Assembly (NCBI GenBank): GCA_009103225.1
Contig: RHPI01000777.1
Coordinates: 1-64,000, forward strand
From: Chlorokybus atmophyticus
Taxonomy: Eukaryota > Plantae > Mesostigma and Chlorokybus algae
Direction: 5' to 3'
Length of the DNA: 64,000 bases
Made by a program: the position numbers and the translations under genes
Shown: piece by piece, positions 46,585-58,400 of the stretch
Layout: every line of letters starts with the position of its first letter
Position numbering within the stretch: the first letter of the stretch is position 1
Notes under the pieces: model-generated
Seen by the model: the letters and a program-made list of their open reading frames with translations, nothing else
What the model was told of the DNA's origin: nothing
The model's database searches: none

Positions 46585-48627
46585 GCAAGCCAGCTGAGCA
46601 TTGGTTCGGGTTGGTGTGTGTTGCTTTGGGCATTACCAAGAGCTTGTGTGTGAGATGCCAGCAGCGGCGTTTCAGCATGCATTGAGACATGTCCTTGGCG
46701 TGGGTGATGGCGGATGAATGGCGGGTCACGCGCATGCAAGCAACACCGCACTCTTGACAAACATGCACTCAGCACACCATTGCCACCATGCTCTCACATA
46801 CAACACCACCGGGCTACGCACCAACCTGCTGCTACTATGCTACTCATTAAGCACAATGCTAACCAATCACCTACCCCAATAGACATGCATGCGTGACATT
46901 GTAAACGGTTGTTACTTGCACGCATGTGCGTTATCAGAGTGTGCGGTGTGCATATGCATATGATGCAATATGGACAACTTGTACAATGTGACATTGGTGC
47001 ATTGGTATATGTGAGAGTGTTTACAACTGCATTTGGCTTTTGAATGCACCGAGTGTTATTTCAATCGATTTGCCTCGAGCATGTACCAAGTGCATGTGGA
47101 GGCATTCTCAATCTTAGCAGGCACGGGTTTGCATAGGTGAAAACAATGCGCAGACCGTGCAATGCATGTCTACGCGCAACTCGTGTTGCCTTCATTAAAA
47201 GCAAGTGAAGCCGTATGCGAGGTGCTGTTGTGTGACTTGCTTTTCAGCGTGTGCAGCCTGCACTCAGTAAATAGGAGTCTATGAGCCTCAAAAGTCGACC
47301 ATCGAAGAGCATATTGATGGCACACACTGACGATAAAAGTAAAAGTAAAAGTCTCAAGTGAATAACGCATGATACGAACTGCGCAGTATTTCCACTGTAT
47401 TGCGAGCTCACATGTTTTAACACATGTCAACTTTTGCTTGTTGCGGCATGCTACCACCTATATTATGGTTGGTAAAGCTAATCAGTACTCGAGTGCTTTT
47501 CACAATGAGCACAAACAAGCATGTGCTTAGCTAGTGCTCAACAATTAATGATATTCCCATTACTCGCCAATGGTTTTGTTGTTGTTATCAGCGATTTATC
47601 CAAATTGCACCAGAGACCCATTCCAGTAATTGGCAATTCTAGCAAGTTCAGCAATCTCGAATGTAAGCGGGAACTAAGAAGTCGAGTATCTGACGATATT
47701 GAGGTATGGACAGGAGATTATAAAAATTGTGTCACAATTTAAGAAGACGTAGGCTGTCAATATAAAGCTGATGACATGGAAATTTTATGGTGTATAGATA
47801 GTTTGGAAACAACATAGACGCAAAATGACATTAAGTTACGCTGTTTGTGTATATCACTCATGCTATATGTACTTACGCATCATACAAGCCCCCGAGGCCG
47901 CGCCTTGAAGGGAGCACAAGTTTTAGGAAGACCTACAATCAAATCTAGTATTAAAACTACTGATAGTTCTCCACTTTACCCATCATAAACCTAGCTTGGG
48001 CACTACAGCATGTATTGCTTAAACTACATGTGCAAACTGGATTCAGCATACACAAGCATTTACAAACACAACTCGATAAGATTGAGCTATATAGTTAGCC
48101 TCGTTGGTTACATGGACCTTTAGCGAAGGTTTTCGCCAGCAGTCGCCAGATGCACCAGCATGCACAACTCAAAACGTTGCACCGCTATCATCGCGACCGA
48201 GTAAACGTGCATGCATGCGTAAGGGCGGTCGCATTAGCGGCAGCCACGCCAACCGGAGCTATTTACAGTTCCGCTCGACTAGCTACACGGCCCAGCGATG
48301 TCAGCAACCCTGCTAACATTGCTGCTAACGCCGCCAGCAGCAGCGCACTGCGCCTTCGGCCGGCTGCTTGAGCTTGCGCAACCCAAACCACCCACCCAGA
48401 CACTCCGCCGCCTGTGATCTACTATTGTTGCAGCTTGTCGTGTTTGCTGCCGACGGCAGTGGCGCAAACACAGCTGTTGGTCACAGCAGGCTCTGTTTGT
48501 TGCTGTGTAAGGAGTCGTAGCTGCACAGCGTCGCAGCCTGCTGCTGCTGGAAGAGGGGGCATGCCAACAAGCTCGCTTACCTGGCAGCGTGCCTAGCCTG
48601 GCCGCCTCGGTCGCTTCAGGAACAAGG

Positions 48628-51573
48628 ATGGCGGCGGAGATGATGATGCTCGAGCACAGCCAGCCTGATTGCCCTGAAACGGTATGGCTATGTTTTAAGT
48701 TGGTATAGACTTGGTAATCGTTGCTCTCAGCCCCCNNNNNNNNNNNNNNNNNNNNNNNNNNNNNNNNNNNNNNNNNNNNNNNNNNNNNNNNNNNNNNNNN
48801 NNNNNNNNNNNNNNNNNNNNNNNNNNNNNNNNNNNNNNNNNNNNNNNNNNNNNNNNNNNNNNNNNNNNNNNNNNNNNNNNNNNNNNNNNNNNNNNNNNNN
48901 NNNNNNNNNNNNNNNNNNNNNNNNNNNNNNNNNNNNNNNNNNNNNNNNNNNNNNNNNNNNNNNNNNNNNNNNNNNNNNNNNNNNNNNNNNNNNNNNNNNN
49001 NNNNNNNNNNNNNNNNNNNNNNNNNNNNNNNNNNNNNNNNNNNNNNNNNNNNNNNNNNNNNNNNNNNNNNNNNNNNNNNNNNNNNNNNNNNNNNNNNNNN
49101 NNNNNNNNNNNNNNNNNNNNNNNNNNNNNNNNNNNNNNNNNNNNNNNNNNNNNNNNNNNNNNNNNNNNNNNNNNNNNNNNNNNNNNNNNNNNNNNNNNNN
49201 NNNNNNNNNNNNNNNNNNNNNNNNNCCCCCCCCCCCCCCCCCCCCCCCCCCCCTCGCCGAGAGCTGGCCTGTTAGATTGGTGGTGCGGCAGACAGAATGT
49301 CACGCAAACCATCTTCCACAAAACCCTTCTGTTGAGCACACGCAGTTACTGCCGGCGTCCGCTTCATGCAGCACCTAGCTCCATGCTGTATAGTTTCTTG
49401 GTGTTGTAACGTGTGTCTGAGCTCCCAGTTGATCATACCTTAGTGATCGTGTTTGTGGTATTGTGCAGCTTGCAGTCCATACGCGAGCTGCTGTGTTGTA
49501 TGCTCTTTGATAAGTTTTCAAGAACCCACAATACCAGCATTGTGGTCGTGGTATGCCTGGCAACAATGACAACAAAGTGCATACACGATGTCATACCCCG
49601 TCCATCTGAACAAAGCAGAGATTTTGTTAGCCTCAAATCGAACATGCTTTCACAATATATGTAGCTGCAAGCCACAAGTCTCGTGGTTATGCAATCGACA
49701 CGCCTTGTGCCGGAAACAATACAAGGCATTGTAGCAATCGCTGCACCAGTCCAGCTCATAAGAATTCAGCAATTTGATGTCAAGGACAACAACCCATGCA
49801 TACTTTGCTTGTTGGTCTCCAAGACATACTTGCGGCCCGTTGTTGAAGAGCTTTCTTACGGTCACTGAACCTGCCAGCAGGCTTTGGCAATGCAAATGCA
49901 AACAGCTGCCCTTGAGCCTTTTGTCCAATGCACAGGTGGCATGCAACGCTGACCAAACACCTGACTGGACCATATTGCCAGTGGATTGCTTGCAGCATAT
50001 TTTCACACAAGTTGGACCGCAAACCGCTGCCAAGGCGGCTGCGGTATGCCGGTACGTAATGCATTGTCGTGTGACAAATGCTGATGTAGTGCATGTGTGC
50101 GTGCGCCTGCCTGCGTGCATGCATGCAGCAGTCTGCGTGCGTACATCTGCATGCGCGCACATGTGCATCTGCATGTGTGTGCGTGGGCATACATGCGCGC
50201 TGTAGTTGCACTCAACCGCTGATACTATGTTGTAACTCACAGCAACTGGAAGACTTGCCGCGCAATTCGACTCTATATGGCAAAAGTTGTATCAGCTGGA
50301 CTTTCCAAGGAGCTGCGGCATGGCACGCTCGCATTGCAACAGCAACGCTGTTGGACGCAGCTGGCGCAGGCGCTTCATTGATCTACACAGGCGCGTGGCG
50401 AATTGGCCGTTATCCGGGCGCGTGGCACAGCGCCAACATGACTTGCACCCACGTTGTTTCCTGTCATCCGAGTTACCCTCCAGCCTGAACAACGCGGAAG
50501 CGGAAGTGGTGCTTTGCGACACAGTTGTAGCCACCCTCTACTGCTACGACACGGATGATGTGCTGAGCACTTATGTGCTGCATTTCAGGGACCTGACCGC
50601 TGATCAGTGCCAGAGCTTTCGCCTCCTCGAGACTGAGGATGTTTATTGTCGTGCCGCAATGGTATGGGACAAGCACCTCCTCACAGTGTACTTGGTCTCC
50701 GGGCACTTCTGGCATTGAGATGTTGATCGGCGCACCTGCGTCATGTGCGGCATTGTGCCCGATTGCTGTCGCAATGAGGAGAATTTGAAGGTTATGCCTC
50801 TCTACTTCGACAGCAGGCGTGTGGTTGTTCTAAGTGAAGACGATCATCTGAGTGAAGACCATCATGATGTGGTCGATCCGTATGAAGATCATCCATGCAC
50901 CGTGAGTGTTCAGTCACTGCCCGACTTTGCAATGTTAGGGGTTCATACAGTGGAAGAAGGCTTTGAGTTGGGCAACAGGTCGTGGACGACGTTGGATGGC
51001 GGGCTGGAGACAAATCTGCTGCTTCATGTGAGAAAGAAAATCCATGATCATCGTTTCCACGAGCAATTGCTATTTTCGGTAACCCCCCGCAATGGTGACA
51101 TAACCACATTGCCACGTGACCTTCATGCCGCGACGAGCAGAGTGTTGTGCGAGGACGCAATTGTGCAAGGAACACGAATTACGGTTGGGGTGGGGGACAT
51201 GCCTACATGTGTCGTGTTGATGTTCGAGCCCTGGTTGGTGTGCTGTGGCAAGACCGGTAGCGCGACGCAGCTTGCTGCACCAGAGGGGTACAGTTTCTAT
51301 GCTAGCACCACCAGCTGCGACTGATTTATGGGGCAAGTTGCTGATGCAGGTGATTACGGCTACACTTGGTTGCTGCTGAATACAATCACCTTCAAAGATC
51401 GTTGGCTATGCATATCCGAAAGCGCTTACGAGTTGCTTGACCGGAGCCTTGTTGCCTGCTGCAACGGCGATTACAGTTCTAGCCCCCTTGTTGGCTTCAC
51501 CATGCACGGACGACATGTAGTTCTTGCCAGCGTCCACACAATCACTGCGTTAGACACTTGTTTAACCTCTTGA
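48628..51573 (+). pseudogene. F-box protein pseudogene
   Basis: F-box DWTILPVDCLQHIFTQVGPQTAAKAAAVCR|NW..AAQFDSIWQKLYQLDFP needs a 1-nt frameshift at ~50250. ORFs 50287-50718, 50743-51324 and 51328-51573 share one frame separated by single TGA codons. 5' end uncertain because of the gap. Confidence 0.7.
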
Positions 51574-51958
51574 ATCCAGAGGAGGGCGTACATTGAAAAT
51601 AACATACACAGATAGAGAATACATGCGTTGTTGTGATGACATGAAGGTAGTGTTGGCTTGAGATACCCAAGTGTCAGGCACTCACTACGCATTGTATTGT
51701 ACCCTAAGCATTCTCGTGCATACGCTCACTGGCCAAAGTGAAACAGGTACGACACAAGGCACTTCAGGTAATCCACAAACATATGCATGCTGCAATCCCT
51801 GCATCCCATATGTTGTATACCAGGAGTAGGTTGTGCCTCTATCGTCTGGAATGCAAGAGAACTAAACAACACAATCACAGTTAAAACCACAGCCGCCTGA
51901 TCTACCCTAGGACCTGGTCAGGAGCTATGCCAGTGCAGACACGGGCTCGGGGCACAAG

Positions 51959-52217
<259 letters not shown>

Positions 52218-52542
52218 GACTATGGTGGAAGGGGTTCTTACCAGATGCGGGTGGACAATAATGTTGGCCACCTGCCTCCACTCTCCCCGTGCTCTTCATG
52301 CATTAATCGCGGCTGATAGACTCTTCTAGCCACGCACCTCGTCTCAGTTGAGATCAGTGCTTGCTGCGTGCCCGAGTGGTTGCAATGTGGGGGGGACAGC
52401 TAACACAGTGATGTCCTTTCACAACACAACAGAATGGCTACTTCGCGACATTTAGTATAAGCGCAGTACCACGCAACGTGCGTGTTGTAGGCACAAGTAG
52501 GCAATGTAACCACCACCACCACCACCAACAACAAAAACAGCA

Positions 52543-54535
52543 TCACGCCGGTGCCCCAAGCACAATCCTCAGCAGGTTGGGCCGATCGGTTGGGTCCCTT
52601 GTGCCTGCGCCGTACGAGCACCTTAGCAGCCGCATGCTTGGCCACCGCGTGCACGATCCCAATGTCGACACTGCCGCGGCAACCAGACATGCGCCCGTGG
52701 GGGTCACGAGCTCCATATCGCAACCCGCATCGAACGTGACCACGCCCGTGCCACAGAGAACGCTGACCTGAGGGAGGGTGGGGAGGAGAGACAATAGTGT
52801 GTGCGTGCGTGCGTGCGTGCATATCGTCGGCGATACTTTTTCATGCGCGCTTGTCCCCATGCGTGACAACATGCGACAGCACACTCACTGTGGCAGGCGG
52901 GGGGTTTGGCAGTGGGCCGTGCGCTGCGCCGCGTATGATGCCGCGTCCAACGGGGAGCGGGGACACCGCCACTTCTCCCGCCCCCAGGTAGTCCAGCGCC
53001 ACGGACGCCGCCACCACATCCACGATGCTGTCCACCGCACCCACCTGACAGGCATCAACTGGTCAACTTGACGGGTTCCTGGTTCCTGCACACTGCATAA
53101 ACTGACTCTTGGCCTTGTACGCCTTCACAATGTCAGCTACTGTGACTTGCAATGGATGTATCCTCACGCACAAACCAGTGCTCGTGCGTGTGCGCATGTG
53201 TGCGTGTGTATACAGTTGCACATGCAAACACCCTTGACAGCTTCACTTGCTTCGTGAAAGTGCACGTCGTCGATGTATTCAACGCCATGCACGCTAGCTT
53301 CAGCCACAGCGAGCCGTTGGAACGCATCCAACGCCAGCCTCGCCGCCCCTTCCGTCAGACCGTTGTCCTTCGCAGCTGCCGCCGATATCAGCCGCCTGAT
53401 CTCAGCGTAGTCGCGGGGAGGCTGGGCCTTGGTCTCCCTCACAACGAACCTGCGGGCAGGGGAGTTATGGACATCATGTGTGTGTGCGTGTCGCATCATG
53501 TGCACCATGTGCACCTCTACACGTGCGCTTCAGTGCCTGCGTGCATGCGTGAGCACGTTGGAGAGTAAGTCTGCGTGTGTATTTGTGTGCGCACGTGTGC
53601 ATGCGTGCGTGATCGTGCACGGTCGTGCGTGCGCACGTGATCACGTGCACGTGGGTGTCTGTCTGCGCGCGCACGCACGTGCACAGGTGGCGGCTTGCAT
53701 GCATGCTTGCGGGTGTATCGTCATGTGTTGCTGCATACACACATACACACATACCTGTGTTCATATTCATATGCACGCATGTAGGGCGTTCCCTTATGAC
53801 TTGCCTCGGTGCATAGATGGCCGAGCGCGTAACCCCCTGAAACTCGCACTCGTATCCTTCCAACCCCAATTTGGACAGCCCCTCCATTACAACCTGCCCT
53901 CGCACTTGCACGTCTCAACACCCCCACCCACCCACCCACCCACCCACACCCACCCACTCACCTCCACAGGCACTCCCAGATCCACCATCGCAGCGACAAC
54001 CATGTCCCCCGCGAGTCCCGATGCGTGCGCGTCCAGGAAGAGCAGCAGGCCCGCGCCCGCCCCGCGAGTCAGAGGGGGATTGCGACGGTGCGGGGTGTAA
54101 GCAGAAGAGTGGGAGTGGGAGTGGGAGTGGGTGTGATTGTGTGTGGGGGTGTGGGGGTGGGGGTGGGAGTGGGAGTCAACATGGGAGTGAGTAGTAGTCG
54201 GGGTCTGAACGAGGACCTCAAAAACGATTGTTCAGCTCAGTGTTGGAGTTGGTGCTAGTGTAGATGTCACGTCGTCAACACACAAGTCTGATACATGAGT
54301 CTGTGCAAGCTGGGCGTACCTTGCTGTGGCCATTGTCGACCTCGTGCTCGTGCTCCTCGGCAAGGGTATGCGTGTGCGTGTGTGTGTGCTCCTTGTGCTC
54401 GTGGTCGTGGTCGTGGTGCTTGTGGGCGCGCACCAAGCCTTGTGTACTTGCTGTGTGGTGTTTCCTTGCACGCGGTGGTTGTTGTTGTCGTTGTGGTCGC
54501 CGATGCTGCTGTGGGAGACCACACGAGGCAGGCAT
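52543..54535 (-). CDS. larC: Nickel-pincer cofactor nickel insertase LarC (DUF111), N-terminal (LarC1) domain only, with His-rich N-terminal extension; 6 coding exons
   Basis: Spliced product contains LLFLDAHASGLAGDMVVAAMVDLGVP, FQRLAVAEASVHG, VHFHE|VGAVDSIVDVV, VSPLPVGRG, AHGPLPNPPPAT, ELVTPTGACLV and YGAGTRDPTDRPNLLRIVLG, all LarC motifs in correct order. Start ATG 54535 is inferred. Confidence 0.88.
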
Positions 54536-55404
54536 TTGCAAAAGGAGTCAGTCTCCAAGTGATAGTGTTGCATTGCGAGGGATAAGGGCTTTACTCATGT
54601 GCAGGTGGCTGTTTGGACTGCACGGTGAGCAATGTGTGTTGCGTGCGGGTGGGTGTACACATGCGCGTGCTGCGTACTCGTGCGTCTGTACGAGCACGTG
54701 GGTGCACGTGTGTGCAAGTGTGTTTGTTCAATTGTGTCCATATGTGTGTGCCAAGTGTACATGTGTATCTCCTTGAGTTACCTGCCATTGAAGCGGCCGA
54801 CTGAAAAACCAGATACGAGCTGTTGCAGCTGCGGCCGTCATTACCATCATTGCATCTGGCACACAGACACACACACTTTGCACCATGTTGTTTCACAACC
54901 AAGTCAGGCTCCAGACAAATTGTGCTGAACAATGCAGGCTTAATCACAGGTAAACGCATGGAAGGTTTAGAGCACGTGTAAGTCTTAGAAGCAAGAAAGA
55001 TGCACAGTGTGGTTTGCATGCGTGGCACAGTTGACGGGATGTATGACGCCTGCAGAACTGCACGGTACGTGACTCGCATGCACAGAGGAATGAAGGTCTT
55101 ACAGCTGCGGATCTCTCTCAGCAGCACAGCTGTGTTGCTCCTCTCTCTCTCCTCCTCCTCCTCCTCCTCCACCGCCGTCGCCGCCGCCGCCTCCTCGGCA
55201 GCGTGTCCCGCGGCTTAGTTAAGACGATGCCCTCTAAAGGACTGACCAGGATCGACTCACTCCAACTCTCCGATCCACGTCGAACAATACGGATCACATC
55301 ACGTGAGTCACGCGTCACTGTGTTACGGCTGTAACAACCGCCACGTGGTGGCCTGACGGCGGCGGCGGCGGCGGCGGCGGCGGAGGAGGAGGCGGAGGTT
55401 GACG

Positions 55405-58400
55405 ATGGATAGGCGGTCGCCGTCTTCCGTGGCTTCAGGTCAGTGCGGCGTGATTGCCTCGTCGCAGGAAGAGAGAAACAGCAGCAAGGTGTGATTACCA
55501 GTGGCCCAACAGCAATGAAACAGGAGTGTGCAAGTTGACTAGTTATCACGTTGTCGTACTTGATAGACATCAGTAGTTCCAACAACTTTACGCTAATACA
55601 TTACTTACTTGTGTGGAACATTCCTTCTGGAAACATTGCATAGCGTTCTGGACATGATGTTCTGTGTGTATGTGAGAGCAGCACTTCTTGCACAGGTGTT
55701 GTACATCTGTGGCTTAGATGCGCAATCGATGTAACAAGAGTTCCTGTAGCTTGGTCAGCTTGATTGCATGCGACACAGAACATATTTTTCCGGTAATCTG
55801 ACTCTTTACTTCCCCTTTTCCCCCCATGTGCTTTGTGACTTGCGGTCTTCTCCGCTGCCTTCAGCCACCGGAATGCAGGTACGCTTGGACATTGAAACCC
55901 ACTTGCACTGAACATAAGGATGATGGAATGGTGCACCCCTTTCACGCCTGGTTTGGTTTGTGAGAGATTGTCATTGCGTGCATGTCGTTGGCTTTGTTTG
56001 TGTGCTTGTGTCATGCGCGCAAGAGCCAACATGGTAGACTAGAATACCAACATAGTCCTTCTGGCAACAAAGGCTCCAGGACGGCCCGGGACGCCATCGC
56101 GCGGGTCCACACCGACGCAAGGGTACAGGTCAGCCTCAAGCGCTTTTGGGTTCTGGTCTTGTGCTTGTCCATTTGTCCAGTTCAGTGGAGCGGTCATCGG
56201 ACGTGTTGCACAGACCGTGTATCTTTTTGTGTGTGACAGACCTCCCACGCCTACCTATGGCCAGGCTCCAAACACAGGATATCAGACGCCCAGCACAGGT
56301 TATCAGCCTCCAAACGCAGGATATCAGCCTCCAGGCACCGGGTATCAGCCTCCGAACACAGGTTATCAGCCTCCAGGCACCGGATATCAACCTCCGGGCA
56401 CCGGATATCAACCTCCGGGCACAGGTTATCAGCCTGCAGGCACTGGATATCAGCCTCCCAATGCTGGGTATCAGCCCCCTGGCACGGGGTACCGGAGGCC
56501 CGGGAGCGCTGCATGGCAGAGGCCAGGCACACCAGGTGAGTGTACAACCAACACTTGCTACATCATCCATGCAGTACAGATACACTCATGCAGTGACTCT
56601 ATCGCTGACACACACATGCTCGTGCATCTACAAGCTCGTTCTCTTACCCAGTTGTTATCGGTTTCATTCACGCACTCTTCAACCGCCATCATGCATGCCA
56701 TCATACTCAGTCGCTTGCTCACATCCCTCCTCTCAGGCGCTGGTGCGGGCGTGCCTGTGTACGCGGACGTGCAGGTGGCGGACCGTCCCGTGACGCAGCA
56801 GGGCGTCGCAGGCATGCGCACCGCAGCCCCACCAGGCACAGGTATGTACGCCACTCAGCTGCTGCCTCGCAGTGAAACGTGCATGCCCTCCATTACGCCA
56901 ACTGTGCGCTGAAGTTGTGATGTCGCTTAGTGAGTGATACGGTGATGGGTGGATCGGTCGGTTGCCGCCTGTATGTGCTCGTGTGCGTTCTGCATGTGCA
57001 TGTGCGTGTACGTACCTGCCTGCCTGCACGCGCACACGCCTGCGCCTGCGTATGTATGGATGCGCACGCGCATGCGCATGTGCGTGCGATACAACTGACA
57101 CACAACATATGCACACGCACCCACCCACCCACCCACCCACCACTCCCTCGCAGCCCTCTCCCGCCGCGCCATCCACGACCGTTCCTTCTTCCTCTCCCTC
57201 CTCCGTTCCCGTCGCCTCGACCTCTCCTCCGAGTCCTCCCGCTTACTATCCGAAGCGGAGCGCGCGCGCGGAGGCAGCCAGGCCGCGATCCATCTCATGA
57301 GAAGGTGCGAGGAGACGGAACGGGTGGTGAAAGGGCTGAGGGGACAACTGGCGGACCACAACGTGATGCTGGAGAAGGTGAGAGTAGAAGAGTGTGCAGA
57401 GTTGGACTGCCTGTGCTTGCGTGCGTGCGTGTGCGTGTCGTTTGCATCAGGAGCAAGGGTTTCAGCAAGTCGGTGAGTGAGTGGGTTGGAGAGTAAGCTA
57501 GCGTCTGGTTGGGTTAAGGAGTGAGCGAAACCAAGGGGGGGAGGGGGGGGGGNNNNNNNNNNNNNNGGGGGGGAGAATTGCATTTGAGACGCACTGAGCG
57601 TGTGGTGAGTCAGCCAGTAGCCCACTCAGTCATACAGTCACGCTCATGCACTGTGCGTGTGATGATTTGTGCCTGAGTGGCTCATAAGCACGTGCAAAAA
57701 TACAACTGTTCAGCAGGGTGAGAACAACGATGCAGATCTCTTGTGCCTGTTAGTGCACGCGTGCACCCCCGAGCATCATATTGGTGTATATGGGCATGCA
57801 CGACAACAACACGCTTTTACACATGCAGGTGAGCGCAGACGTGTCGCTGGACAGCCTGGCGGGCGAACACCGCACGCTGAAGGAGCGCAATGACAAGGAG
57901 CGTAAGCGCGTCGACGCCCTCTTCACCGAACGCGCCAAGTGAGTAGCCACTAAGGAACACACACACAACACACGCGCGCGCACACAACATCACCCAACAT
58001 GCCCACAACTTGAGACCGACATCTAACCCGCAGACTGATATCTGCAGGCGGGAGCAGCAGACGAAAGAGCTCGAGGCTCAGATGCAGCAGCTGCAGCGCG
58101 ACATCGAGCACCGTATCACCGAGCTGGTGCGTGTCGGCGGTGTTGTTGATATCAGGACCACCGGACACGTGTCGGTGGGTGCTGGTGTTGTTCATGTGGA
58201 CTTGTGTGCTCAGGCGCCGGACAAGAGGACCAGATGGGCGGAACTCCAGGCGGAGTCACGGCAACTCACGGGAGAGAGCACACGCCTGGAGAGCCAACTC
58301 ACGCAGCTGACGCAGACGGTCTCCACCCTCGAACAGGTCAGCGTGTGTGCGTGTGCGCACGCGTGTTATGTAGTTGTCTGTCGTGGGTGGGGCCAGTGTT

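Noticed and set aside
42585-49409. Long ORFs full of X (also at 10936-11908, 26777-27721, 60901-61359)
   Set aside because: Artefacts of reading through N gaps.
50716-51324. Selenocysteine or UGA readthrough in the F-box gene
   Set aside because: An independent frameshift near 50250 points to pseudogenisation. No redox-motif context or evident SECIS.
56031-56042. IFT74 apparently starting ATG-GTA-GAC-TAG with an in-frame stop
   Set aside because: That ATG is intronic. An upstream exon at 55405 (MDRRSPSS) splices in phase to 56056.
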